From: an uncultured Chloroflexia bacterium
GTDB lineage: Bacteria > Chloroflexota > Limnocylindria > Limnocylindrales > CSP1-4
Direction: 5' to 3'
DNA length: 64,000 nt
Assembly: GCA_963776545.1 (NCBI GenBank)
Contig: CAVZND010000007.1
Location: 8,631-72,630 of the forward strand
A program made the translations under genes and the position numbers. The notes below the pieces were generated by a model. It saw only the letters and a list, made by a program, of their open reading frames with translations. It ran no database searches and was not told the origin of the DNA. Below, one piece after another: positions 26,370 through 36,082 of this stretch. Numbering within the stretch: the stretch's first letter is position 1; each line of letters opens with the position of its first letter.

Positions 26370-29300
26370 ATGAGCCCGCGACGGACGAACAATGGCTCCA
26401 CGCTCGGAGGTGTCGACGGATTTCGGAGAACCGGGCGGATTCGACTGTCGTCCTTGCCGTCTCCGTGGGCCCACGGACCGGAGCGGTCCGCGCTGCTCCT
26501 TCGGTCGAGAGGCAGCAAGGCGTTCGTCCGCGCTCGGCTCCAGACATCCGGCGGCGATGCACTCGACCTGGCCACGGGCGAACCCTGCTTTGGCTTCCGA
26601 ACCTGGCCCGAGGCGATCGAAGCGGCAATCGCCCTTGCATCGGAGATTCCTTCGCTGACCGATCGTCCCGCAGGGATGCAGGTCGGCGTCGGGCTGGATC
26701 TTTGCGATCCGCCCAACGACCAAGCAGCCGCCGAGCGTGCAGCCGTCATCGCCAGGTCCGCATTCCCGAACGAGATCCGCCTTGGTGAATCGCTCGCGGC
26801 CGTCGCTCGACGGGACCCACCCGACTACCGCGTGGTCCTGCCGGTCCAGGACGCTCCGGAACACAACCCGCCGAACATCCATCGCCTCGCGAACGCTCGA
26901 GATGAAATCCCGAACAATCTCCTCCCGGCCCTCACGAGCTTTGTCGGTCGCGAGGCGGAGATCAGCGAGGTCCGACAGCTGATCGGTGGCGCTCGGCTCG
27001 TCACCGTGACCGGACCGCCTGGGGTGGGCAAGACTCGACTCGCCGCCGAGATCGCTGAGCGCCTCCTGGGTCGGTTCGAGGACGGCGTTTGGTTCGTCGG
27101 CCTTGCGCCCCTCGGGGATCCCAGTCTGCTGATCCCGGTGCTGGCGAACGTCCTAGGTTTGGCACCCGACTCGGAGGGATCACCCATCGACCGCGTTGCC
27201 GCTCACCTGAAAAGCCGCCACATGATGGTGATCCTGGACAACTTCGAACACATCAGCGACGAGGCGACCGAGTTGGTCACGCTGCTCGAAGCCGCCCCGG
27301 CGCTTCAGCTGCTGGTCACGAGCCGGGTCACGCTCCACCTGTCGGCGGAGCATGAACTCGTCATTCCGCCGCTCGAGATCCCCGCGCCTGGCGTTGACGC
27401 TGCCGAGGTCATTCGCTCCGAGGCGGTCGACCTCTTCACCCGGCGCGCGGTGGCCGCCGATCCGGGTTTTCGCCTCGCGGACGAGGACGCGCAGCAGGTC
27501 GGTGAGCTGTGTCGCCGGCTCGACGGTCTGCCGTTGGCGATCGAGCTTGCTGCCGTCCGGGTCAAGCTCCTGCCGTTGCCGGCCATCCTGGCCAGGCTCG
27601 ACCACAGGCTCGCGCTGCTCACTGGCGGTCCCAAGAACGCTCCCGCTCGTCACCAGAGTCTGCGGGCCGCCGTCGCCTGGAGCTATGACCTGCTGGAGCC
27701 GCCCGCTCAGCGTCTCTTTCAGGCGCTGTCGATCTTCCGAGGCGGCTGGGCGATCGACGGCGCCGTTGCGGTCTCCGGGGCGGGAGCCGCAGACCAGGAC
27801 AGGGTCATGGAGACGCTCGCGTCCCTCCTGGATGCCAGCCTGATCGTCCGGCGGTCGAATGACTCCGCGATACCACGATTCACCATGCTCGAGACGCTTC
27901 GCGAGTTCGCAGCCGAACGGCTTGACGAAGCGGGCGAGACCGCTATCGCACGAGGGCGGCACGCTGCCTACTGCATCGAACTCGTCGAGCGATACGAGTC
28001 GGAGTTCACCGGCGCCGACCGGGCCGACGCACTCGACACGACGGCCATCGAGCACGACAACCTCCGTTCCGCGCTCGACTACCTCCTCATCGCCAACCCC
28101 GTCGACGCCCTTCGCCTCAGCTCAAGCGTCTGGCGCTTCTGGCAGATGCGAGGCCATCTAGTCGAGGGTGGCCGATGGCTGACAAGCGCCCTGCAGGCAG
28201 CTGGGGATGAGCCGCCCGAGGCGTTACGGGCGAAGGCACTCGCCGCGGCGGGCGGGCTCGCCTACTGGCGTGGCGACATGGCGGAGGCACAGCGGCACTA
28301 CGAAGGAGCGGTCGCGCTCCGACGCGGTATCGGCGACAACGTCGGGATCGCCGACGCGTTGTACGACCTGGCGTTCGCACTCGGCCCGTTCAACCGCCCG
28401 CCCCCTCAGGATCCGGAACGAACGGAGGAGGCCGTGAGCCTCGCGGAACAAGCCGGAGCGTTCTACGAGATCGCGGGCGATGAGCCGGGTGTGGCCAAGA
28501 GCGGCTGGTTGCTCGGCACACTGGCCCTGTACCACGACATGGAGAGAGCCGAGGGCCTCCTTCAAGAGAGCGTTGCGCGATTCCGTACTCTGGACGATCC
28601 GTTCGGGCTGGGCTGGGCGTTGCGAACCTATGGTCTGGCGCTCATGGGCACCGCCGAGACAGCCGCCGCAGACGGGGTTCTTGCCGAATCGCTGGGGCTG
28701 TTCGCGTCGGCACAGGACGGCAGTGCGATGGGCATGCTGCTCGACGACTTCGCCAACCTCGCGGCAGCCGAGGGCGACGCCCTCCGAGCCGCCCGCCTGA
28801 GAGGCGCTGCTGCGAGTATGCGGCAGGTGACCGAGGCGGAAGTCGCTAATGCCGACGATGCGCCATGGCTGACGAAGTCGAGTGCGCCAGGGGCCCCGAT
28901 CGACGCCGTTGCGCTCGAGGACGAGTGGGCCGCGGGTCACGCAATGTCACAGGAGGAGGCGATCGCCTATGCCCTGCGTTCCGGTGAGGTCGTCGGGTCG
29001 GTTCAGTCCCTCCGGGTGACGGCGTTCGGCCATTTCCTGGTCGAGCGGTCAGGGCAGCCGGTGTCGCACTGGGGCGGCAAGAAGGCGGGCTCGCGACAAG
29101 CGCAGGCGATGTTCGCATTCCTCCTGGATCGGGGCGCGCGCGGTGTCACCAAGGACGAGTTCATCGAGGTCATCTGGCCAGACGCGGAGATCACGCTCGC
29201 AGATGTGAGCTTTCATCGGACGCTGGGCGGGCTTCGCACAACGCTCGATCCTGACAAGACGTCCGGATCAGCCGGGGGCGTGTCCTTCGCGAACGCTCGC

Positions 29301-29708
29301 TACCGTTTGAGCCCATCGATCATCGGGTGGCTGGATACAGCGGAGTTCGAGCGGCTCTTGTCGAATGCCGCCCAGGCGTCTGATGATCAGGCCGCGATCC
29401 GTGCCATCGAAGCCGCTCGCGCCCTCTATCACGGGGACTTCTTGGACGACTGCCCGCTGTACGGCGACAGCAGCTTCGTCGAGGAGCGTCGGCGTTCGCT
29501 TCGGGAGGAACTGATCGACGCGCTCGTGGATGTCGGACGCCGGTACGAGGGTCGCGGCGACACGACGCTCGCGGCCGCACGCTTCCGAGAAGCACTGACC
29601 CTCTCGGGCGGAGATCACCCGGGAGCCGAGAATGGGCTCGCGCGACTCGGTGCTTCGGTCACCCGGCGTCCGGAGGACTCGTCGAGCGATCCGCGCTTGC
29701 AGTCCTGA
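26370..29708 (+). CDS. Multidomain regulator: degenerate cyclase-homology domain + NB-ARC/AAA ATPase + TPR + C-terminal SARP (winged helix + BTAD)
   Basis: Cyclase-like remnant GGDALDLATGEPCFGFRTWPEAIEAAIALASEI..MQVGVGLD. P-loop GPPGVGKTRLA, Walker B MMVILDNFEH, and TPR-like repeats. C-terminal SARP pattern: LRVTAFGHFLVERSGQPV...AQAMFAFLLDRG..GVTKDEFIEVIWPD...ARYRL...WLDTAEFERLL...ALYHGDFLDD. Start uncertain between 26247 and 26370. Confidence 0.87.
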   Translation: MSPRRTNNGSTLGGVDGFRRTGRIRLSSLPSPWAHGPERSALLLRSRGSKAFVRARLQTSGGDALDLATGEPCFGFRTWPEAIEAAIALASEIPSLTDRPAGMQVGVGLDLCDPPNDQAAAERAAVIARSAFPNEIRLGESLAAVARRDPPDYRVVLPVQDAPEHNPPNIHRLANARDEIPNNLLPALTSFVGREAEISEVRQLIGGARLVTVTGPPGVGKTRLAAEIAERLLGRFEDGVWFVGLAPLGDPSLLIPVLANVLGLAPDSEGSPIDRVAAHLKSRHMMVILDNFEHISDEATELVTLLEAAPALQLLVTSRVTLHLSAEHELVIPPLEIPAPGVDAAEVIRSEAVDLFTRRAVAADPGFRLADEDAQQVGELCRRLDGLPLAIELAAVRVKLLPLPAILARLDHRLALLTGGPKNAPARHQSLRAAVAWSYDLLEPPAQRLFQALSIFRGGWAIDGAVAVSGAGAADQDRVMETLASLLDASLIVRRSNDSAIPRFTMLETLREFAAERLDEAGETAIARGRHAAYCIELVERYESEFTGADRADALDTTAIEHDNLRSALDYLLIANPVDALRLSSSVWRFWQMRGHLVEGGRWLTSALQAAGDEPPEALRAKALAAAGGLAYWRGDMAEAQRHYEGAVALRRGIGDNVGIADALYDLAFALGPFNRPPPQDPERTEEAVSLAEQAGAFYEIAGDEPGVAKSGWLLGTLALYHDMERAEGLLQESVARFRTLDDPFGLGWALRTYGLALMGTAETAAADGVLAESLGLFASAQDGSAMGMLLDDFANLAAAEGDALRAARLRGAAASMRQVTEAEVANADDAPWLTKSSAPGAPIDAVALEDEWAAGHAMSQEEAIAYALRSGEVVGSVQSLRVTAFGHFLVERSGQPVSHWGGKKAGSRQAQAMFAFLLDRGARGVTKDEFIEVIWPDAEITLADVSFHRTLGGLRTTLDPDKTSGSAGGVSFANARYRLSPSIIGWLDTAEFERLLSNAAQASDDQAAIRAIEAARALYHGDFLDDCPLYGDSSFVEERRRSLREELIDALVDVGRRYEGRGDTTLAAARFREALTLSGGDHPGAENGLARLGASVTRRPEDSSSDPRLQS

Positions 29709-29728
29709 CGGCCAAAGGTCGAGCCGCC

Positions 29729-30145
29729 TCACTCGCGCTCGACCCATTGCCGGCGCCAGTCAGGAGCGGGGAAGCTCGGAGCGAAGTAGTCGGTCATTCT
29801 CGCGATCCGCGGGCCGTCGAACTCGATGACACTGACGGTATGCCAGCGCTCGCTGCCGTAGTCAGCGACAAGCTCCGCGACCCACACGTCACCGTCGCCC
29901 GAGACGCGTGACACCTGCTGCCTCGGTGGTCCGCCGGGATAGTTCTGATACACCTGCACGCAGCTCATCGCGCCGGTCATGCGCTCGCCGGATTGCGGCC
30001 AACGAGTGATCGCATCTGGCGTGAGCACCTCATGCAATACGGGGTAATCCCCGGCCTGGATCGCTGCGAAGAACCGGTTGATCGTCTCGGTCCGCTGAGG
30101 GTCAGGAAGCGGGTCGGGCGGCGGGACGACTGCGACGTAGATCAT
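29729..30145 (-). CDS. NTF2/SnoaL-like small protein
   Basis: Pattern INRFFAAIQAGDYPVLHEVLTPDAITRWPQSGERM...GDGDVWVAELVADYG..RWHTVSVIEFDGPRIARMTDYF is typical of SnoaL-like folds. Confidence 0.72.
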   Translation of the reverse strand: MIYVAVVPPPDPLPDPQRTETINRFFAAIQAGDYPVLHEVLTPDAITRWPQSGERMTGAMSCVQVYQNYPGGPPRQQVSRVSGDGDVWVAELVADYGSERWHTVSVIEFDGPRIARMTDYFAPSFPAPDWRRQWVERE

Positions 30146-30290
30146 CGGAAACTCCTTCGTCGGCGGATGACCTCGCCACCATGACGGCAGGTCCCTTCGG
30201 CCCGACCGCGGGAGGACTGCGGTATAAGAGATGACGGCACCCCGAACGGACGTCGCTCTGCAGCGCGGCTGACGCTCCCGGCCGATCCGT

Positions 30291-30941
30291 TCAGCCGCTG
30301 GGGCGCTTCCCGGCCAGCAGGCCCAGGTCGAACTTGCGCTCCGTGCCGTGGATCAGACGGTCGATGTTGTCCGCGTGGGCAAGCCAGATGAAGGCCGTCC
30401 CGACCGCGGAATAGATGACGTAGGGGAGCGGCGTCTCCGGCACGACCATGAAGACGAGCAGCGTCGCCGGGATCATCGCCGCCGAGCCGAGCAACGACCC
30501 GAGCGAGACGTATCGGGTCAACAGGATCACGAGCACGAAGACCGGGGTCGCCAGCAGGACCGCGATGGGCTGGATGACCAGCATCGTGCCGACGCCCGTA
30601 CCGACCCCGCGGCCGCTGCGGAACCCGACGAAGACCGACCAGATGGCCCCCGCGACGGCCGCTCCTCCGCACAGCACCTCGGTCAGGGGATCGCCGCCGG
30701 TCACGTAGCGTGCCAGCAGGACGGGGACCATCCCCTTGAGCAGGTCGCCGCCGACGACGACAGCCGCCCATTTCCGGCCGAGCGCCCGCAGTGCGTTCGT
30801 GCCGCCCGTGCGCCCGGAGCCTACCGTCCGTGGGTCTGGTCCGCCCGAGAGCCGGGCGACGACGATGCCGACGGGGATCGAGCCCGCGAGATAGGCGACG
30901 AGCATCAGCACGAAGGTGCGGAGGAGGATCGCGGGATCCAT
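30291..30941 (-). CDS. plsY: Glycerol-3-phosphate acyltransferase PlsY
   Basis: AYLAGSIPVGIVVAR, DPRTVGSGRTGGTNALRALG, DLLKGMVPVLLA, FRSGRGVGTGVG. Start at ATG 30941; the track ORF to 31346 is an upstream-open frame. Confidence 0.92.
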   Translation of the reverse strand: MDPAILLRTFVLMLVAYLAGSIPVGIVVARLSGGPDPRTVGSGRTGGTNALRALGRKWAAVVVGGDLLKGMVPVLLARYVTGGDPLTEVLCGGAAVAGAIWSVFVGFRSGRGVGTGVGTMLVIQPIAVLLATPVFVLVILLTRYVSLGSLLGSAAMIPATLLVFMVVPETPLPYVIYSAVGTAFIWLAHADNIDRLIHGTERKFDLGLLAGKRPSG

Positions 30942-31134
30942 CGATGCGCTCCTGCGTTGGGTCACGGCCCAAGGGGCCGAGTCTAGCACCGGGTCATGCG
31001 CACGGACCCGTGGCTCGGTTGCGGGACTCGCGACCCCGCGCGTACCATCGAACGCGATGACCCACCCGCCTGCACGGCTCGCCGACGCCCGCGCGCGGCG
31101 GCCGCTCGACAGGCTCCCCGAGGCTGCCTGACCT

Positions 31135-32579
31135 ATGGCCGTCGGCTCGTCCAATGACTTCGACCTCGTCGTGCTCGGCGCGGGCACGGGCGGGTACACC
31201 GCCGCCTTCCGGGCGGCGCAGCTCGGGCTCAAGGTGGCCCTCGTGGACCAGGACAAGATCGGCGGGACGTGCCTCCACCGCGGCTGCATCCCGACCAAGG
31301 CGCTCCTCGAGTCCGCGGCCTTCGTCGAGCGGGTGCGCCACGCCAAGGACTACGGTCTGGTCCTGCCGGGCGAGGCCGTCGTCGATTACGCGGCGATGGC
31401 CGCTCGTCGGGACGCCGTCGTCAAGCGCATGTGGACGGGGGTCAAGTCCCTCATCGACAAGAACAAGGTCACGTGGGTCCCGGGCCGCGGCCGCCTGGAC
31501 GGCCCGCAGAAGGTCCGCGTCAGCCAGCCCGGGGAGGACGGGACGCCGGGCAAGGGCGGCGACCGGGTGCTCCAGGCGACCGACGTCATCCTCGCGACCG
31601 GGTCGCGCGTCAAGTCGTTGCCCGGCCTGACGCCGGACGGCAAGCGGATCGTGACCAGCGATGACGTGCTGGCGATGGACACGCTGCCGAAGGACATCGC
31701 GATCGTCGGTGCCGGGGCGGTCGGCGTGGAGTTCGCCTCGATGTTCCACGACGTCGGCGTCAAGGTGACCCTGCTCGAGTACCTGCCGCAGATCGTGCCG
31801 CTCGAAGACGGCGAGGTCAGCAAGGTGGTGGAGCGCAGCTTCACGAAGCGCGGGATGACCGTGATGACCAACGCCCGGTTCGACGCGAAGGCGGTCACGA
31901 CCGACAAGGACGGCGTCTGCCTGATGGTCGGGCCGGAGGGCAAGGACCCGGCGGAACTCCGCGCCGAGATGCTGCTCGTCGCCACGGGTCGATCGCGGCG
32001 AACATCGAGGACATCGGGCTCGAGACCACCAAGATCGAGACCGATCGTGGCGTCATCAAGGTCAACGGCCACATGCGGACGAAGGAGCCGCATGTCTACG
32101 CGATCGGCGACATCGTCGGTGGGCTGTGGCTGGCCCACACCGCCGCCCACGAAGGCATCACGGCGGCCCACACCATCGCGGGCGATGCCGACGTCCACGA
32201 GATGGACTACGACAACCAGCCGCGGGCCACCTACTGCCGTCCCGAGATCGCGTCGATCGGCCTCACCGAGGAACAGGTCAAGGCCGCCGGCCGCGACTAC
32301 AAGGTCGGCAAGGTCCCGTTCCTGGCGATCGCCAAGGCGATCATCGGCGGCGACTACGAGGGCTTCGCCAAGGTCATCGGCGACAAGGCGACCAACGACA
32401 CGCTCGGGATCCACATCGTCGGCCCGCATGCCACCGATCTCATCGCTGAGGCCAGCCTTGGCATCTCGCTCGAGGTCACGCCATGGGAGATCGGCGCCGC
32501 CACGCACGCGCACCCGACCCTCTCCGAGGTCCTCGGCGAGGCGGCCATGGCCGTCGACGGGCAGTCCATCAACTTCTAG
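31135..32579 (+). pseudogene. lpdA: Dihydrolipoamide dehydrogenase (E3), reading frame broken by an apparent 1-nt deletion near 31993-31995
   Basis: Frame A gives a canonical N-terminal 286 aa (VVLGAGTGGY, redox centre GGTCLHRGCIPTK, second Rossmann IVGAGAVGVEFA, LLVATGR). The canonical continuation AANIEDIGLETTKIETDRGVIKVNGHMRTKEPHVYAIGDIV...HAHPTLSEV is in the phase-2 frame, ending at 32579. As sequenced, frame A stays open into the E1alpha gene, producing the artefactual 832-aa track ORF 31135-33633. Confidence 0.85.
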
Positions 32580-32616
32580 GGCACATCCACCGCCAGCGGA
32601 GGGCCCGGATCGCGCG

Positions 32617-33633
32617 ATGACGGTCAGCAAGGGGAGTTCGGCACTCGCCGCGTCGGTCGCGCTGACCGATGACGACCTCGTCGCGATGTACCGCCTCGTC
32701 GCGCTCGCCCGGGCCGTGGACGAGCGGATGTGGATCCTCAACCGGGCGGGCCGGATCCCGTTCGTCATCAGCGGCCAGGGGCACGAGGGCGCCCAGGTCG
32801 GCATCGCCTGGGCGTTCGAGAAGGGTCACGACTGGATCGCGCCGTTCTACCGCTCCATCGCGACCTGCCTGACCTTCGGGATGAGCGCGCGCGACATCAT
32901 GACCGCGCAGTACGCGACCGCGAGCGACCCATCGTCCGGCGGCCGGCAGATGCCGGGGCACTACGGCAGTCACGAGCACAACATCGTCTCGGTCTCGTCG
33001 CCGGTGGCGACGCAGCTCCTGCACGCGGTCGGCATCGCGCTCGCGGCCAAGATCCGCAAGACCGGCCAGGTCGCGATGACCAGCATGGGCGAGGGCTCGT
33101 CGAACCAGGGCGACGTCCACGAAGGGCTCAACTTCGCGGCGATCCACAAGCTGCCGTTCGTCTTCGTCGTCGAGAACAACGGCTACGCGATCAGCGTCCC
33201 GGCCGCCATGCAGGTCTCGGTCCGGGACGTTGCCGAGCGGGCCGCCGGCTACGGCATCCCGGGCGTCGTGGTCGACGGCAGCGACGTCCTCGCCTGCTAC
33301 GCGGCGGCACGGGATGCCGTCGCCCGCGCCCGTGCGGGAGATGGCCCGTCGCTCATCGAGGCGAAGGTGATGCGGCTGACGGCCCATTCGTCGGACGATC
33401 AGCAGACGAAGTACCGCTCCGAGGACGAGCTGACCGCCGAGCGCGGGCGCGACCCGTTGCCGCACTTCCGCGAGCAGTTGCGCGACGCCGGCGTGCTGAC
33501 CGAGGCGATCGAGGCGCGATTGACGAGCGAGATCGAGGCCGCGGTGAACGATGCGACCGACTATGCCGAGGCGCAGCCGGATCCCGATGCGGCCACCGGG
33601 ACCCGCTACGTCTACGCCGAGGACGTCGACTGA
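32617..33633 (+). CDS. 2-oxo acid dehydrogenase E1 component, alpha subunit (TPP-dependent)
   Basis: ATG 32617 (MTVSKGSS). Motifs: ISGQGHEGAQVG, GGRQMPGHYGS, TPP motif GEGSSNQGDVHEGLNFAAIHKLPFVFVVENNGYAIS. Confidence 0.92.
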   Translation: MTVSKGSSALAASVALTDDDLVAMYRLVALARAVDERMWILNRAGRIPFVISGQGHEGAQVGIAWAFEKGHDWIAPFYRSIATCLTFGMSARDIMTAQYATASDPSSGGRQMPGHYGSHEHNIVSVSSPVATQLLHAVGIALAAKIRKTGQVAMTSMGEGSSNQGDVHEGLNFAAIHKLPFVFVVENNGYAISVPAAMQVSVRDVAERAAGYGIPGVVVDGSDVLACYAAARDAVARARAGDGPSLIEAKVMRLTAHSSDDQQTKYRSEDELTAERGRDPLPHFREQLRDAGVLTEAIEARLTSEIEAAVNDATDYAEAQPDPDAATGTRYVYAEDVD

Positions 33634-34616
33634 TGCCGGCCAAGACGTTCATCGAGGCGATCCGCGAGACGCTCGCCGACGAGATGCGCCGGGACGAGTC
33701 GATCATCGTGCTGGGCGAGGACGTCGGCAAGAAGGGCGGCGTGTTCCTCGCCACCGACGGCCTGTGGAGCGAGTTCGGCGATGAGCGCGTGATCGACACG
33801 CCGCTGACCGAGTCGATGATCGTCGGGGCGTCCATCGGGGCCGCGGTGAACGGCCTGCGCCCGGTGGCGGAGATCCAGTTCGCCGACTTCATCTTCCCGG
33901 CATTCAACCAGTTGGTGTCCGAGGCGGCCCGCATGCGGTACCGCTCGAACAATGGCTACGCGGTCCCGATGACGATCCGGGCGCCGTACGGCGGCGGCGT
34001 GCACGGGGCGCTGTATCACTCGCAGAGCGTCGAGGCGTTCTTCACTCACGTGCCGGGCCTGAAGGTGGTCGTGCCGTCGACGCCGTACGACGCCCGCGGG
34101 CTCCTGCGTTCGTCGATCCGCGACGACGACCCGGTGCTCTTCTTCGAGCACAAGAAGATGTATCGCTCGGTGCGTGGCGACGTCCCGGACACGGACTACG
34201 TCGTGCCGCTGGGACGGGCCGCGATCACGCACCCGGGCACGCACATGACCGTCATCGCGTACGGGCTGATGGCCCATTACGCGTTGGAGGCGGCGGACCG
34301 TGTCGCTGACGACGGCATCAGCGTCGAGGTGATCGACCTGCGCACGCTGCGGCCCCTGGACAAGGAGACCGTCCTCGACTCGGTCAAGAAGACCGGCAAG
34401 TGCCTGGTCGTCTACGAGGACAACCGGTTCGGCGGCTACGGCGCGGAGGTGGCGGCGACGGTTGCCGAGGAGGCGTTCGACTACCTCGACGGCCCGGTCA
34501 CGCGGATCGCCGGTCCGGACGTCCCGGGTGTCCCCTACAACCACGTCCTCGAGGACTGGTTCATGCTCAGCCCCGAGAAGATCGCGGACGCCATCCGGAA
34601 GCTCGCGGCGTACTAG
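33633..34616 (+). CDS. 2-oxo acid dehydrogenase E1 component, beta subunit
   Basis: ATG overlaps the alpha stop (TGATG). Motifs: VLGEDVGKKGGVF, RVIDTPLTESMIVG, EIQFADFIFPAFNQ, VIDLRTLRPLD. Confidence 0.93.
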   Translation: MPAKTFIEAIRETLADEMRRDESIIVLGEDVGKKGGVFLATDGLWSEFGDERVIDTPLTESMIVGASIGAAVNGLRPVAEIQFADFIFPAFNQLVSEAARMRYRSNNGYAVPMTIRAPYGGGVHGALYHSQSVEAFFTHVPGLKVVVPSTPYDARGLLRSSIRDDDPVLFFEHKKMYRSVRGDVPDTDYVVPLGRAAITHPGTHMTVIAYGLMAHYALEAADRVADDGISVEVIDLRTLRPLDKETVLDSVKKTGKCLVVYEDNRFGGYGAEVAATVAEEAFDYLDGPVTRIAGPDVPGVPYNHVLEDWFMLSPEKIADAIRKLAAY

Positions 34617-34713
34617 GGCGTCGCCGCTCGACCGGCAGGCCGCGGATGGTGGACACTACGCCACACATCGGGACGAGGTCGACCCAGGCGGCCCCAGCGG
34701 AGGACCTGCGAAC

Positions 34714-36078
34714 GTGGCGAAGGTGACCATGCCCCAGCTCGGCGAGAGCGTCGCCGAGGGCACGATCGGGAAGTGGCTCAAGCAGCCGGGCGATCACGTC
34801 GCGAAATACGAGCCGCTGCTCGAGGTCATCACCGACAAGGTCAACGCCGAGGTCCCGTCGCCGTTCGAGGGCGTCCTCAAGGAGATCCTCGCCGAGGAGG
34901 GCGCGACCGTCCCCAACGACGCCGAGATCGCGATCATCGACACCGGCGACGAATCCGACGCGCCCGCGGCGACCGGCCCGGTCACGACCTCAACGCCCGC
35001 GCCCGTCGCGGCTGCCCCGCAGTCAGAGACACCGGCATCGGCGCCGGTCCAGGCGCCTGCTCCCGTGCCGGCCGCCGCGCCTGCTTCGGTGCCGCTCGCG
35101 CCCGCGGCGACCCTGGCCGCGACCGGTGACCCCGACGCCCGCATGACCCCGGCCGTTCGTCGCCTGCTGCGAGAGCACGGCCTGAGCCCGGAACAGATCA
35201 AGGGCACCGGCGGCGGCAACCGCATCACGCGTGACGACGTGCTGGCGGTGGTCGAGGCGATCCGTACGGGTGGGGCCGCGCCCGTCCCCGTCATGGCCCC
35301 GGCTGCGGGCACGCCCGCCGCGCCCCCCGCCAAGGCGCCGGCCGGAGCGACCCTCACGTTCCCCGACGGCGCGGACGAAGTCCTCCTGCCGATGACCCAG
35401 ATGCGCAAGGGGATCGCGGCCCAGATGACGCGGGCCCTCGCCGTCCCGCATGCCTACGTCCACATGGAGGTGGACGCCACCGGTCTCGTGCGAGCGCGCG
35501 AAGGCGCCAAACGCGGGTACCAGGAGCGCGAGGGCATGTCGCTGAGCTACGTGCCGTTCGTCATCAAGGCGGCCGTCGAGGCACTCAAGCAGTATCCGGC
35601 GTTCAACGCCCACTGGACCGACGCGGGGATCCTCGCCAAGCGGCGCATCAACATGGGCGTCGCGGTCGCGGTCGACGACGGGCTGCTCGTCCCGGTCCTG
35701 CGAGACGTCGACCAGCTGTCCATCAGCGGGCTCAACCGGGCCATCGCCGACGTCGCGGCCCGCGCCCGGGCCGGTAAGCTGCGCCTCGACGACTTCGGCG
35801 GCGGCACGTTCACCATCGACAACACCGGCTGGCTCGGCTCCAACCTGACGATGCCGATCATCAACGTGCCCGAGGTCGCCATCCTGACGATGGAGGCGAT
35901 CACCAAGCGGCCGGTCGTCCGCGAGACACCCGAGGGCGACGTCATCGCCATCCGGCCGATCATGAACGTGGTCCTCGCGATCGATCATCGCGCCAACGAC
36001 GGCGCCCAGGCGGCCGCCTTCCTTCGAGTCGTGAAGGCCGCCCTCGAAGCCATGGGACCCGACACGCCGGTCTACTGA
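34714..36078 (+). CDS. Dihydrolipoamide acyltransferase (E2): lipoyl domain + E3-binding domain + catalytic domain
   Basis: SD GGAGGA sits 9 nt before GTG 34714 (alternative ATG 34729). Lipoyl site EVITDKVNAEV, Ala/Pro linkers, PSBD MTPAVRRLLREHGL, catalytic DHRANDG. Confidence 0.92.
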   Translation: MAKVTMPQLGESVAEGTIGKWLKQPGDHVAKYEPLLEVITDKVNAEVPSPFEGVLKEILAEEGATVPNDAEIAIIDTGDESDAPAATGPVTTSTPAPVAAAPQSETPASAPVQAPAPVPAAAPASVPLAPAATLAATGDPDARMTPAVRRLLREHGLSPEQIKGTGGGNRITRDDVLAVVEAIRTGGAAPVPVMAPAAGTPAAPPAKAPAGATLTFPDGADEVLLPMTQMRKGIAAQMTRALAVPHAYVHMEVDATGLVRAREGAKRGYQEREGMSLSYVPFVIKAAVEALKQYPAFNAHWTDAGILAKRRINMGVAVAVDDGLLVPVLRDVDQLSISGLNRAIADVAARARAGKLRLDDFGGGTFTIDNTGWLGSNLTMPIINVPEVAILTMEAITKRPVVRETPEGDVIAIRPIMNVVLAIDHRANDGAQAAAFLRVVKAALEAMGPDTPVY

Positions 36079-36082
36079 CCCG

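Noticed and set aside
31985-32000. Programmed ribosomal frameshift in lpd.
   Set aside because: No slippery heptamer (X XXY YYZ) or obvious downstream stimulatory structure at the junction (ggtcgatcgcggcgaac). A simple 1-nt indel is the more economical explanation.
31135-33633. 832-aa ORF that could be read as a natural Lpd-E1alpha fusion protein.
   Set aside because: Residues ~287-494 are motif-free Arg/Ser/Pro-rich sequence. The true Lpd C-terminal half sits intact in another frame (to 32579). E1alpha has its own ATG at 32617. The fusion is a by-product of a frameshift plus the absence of stops in the wrong frame.
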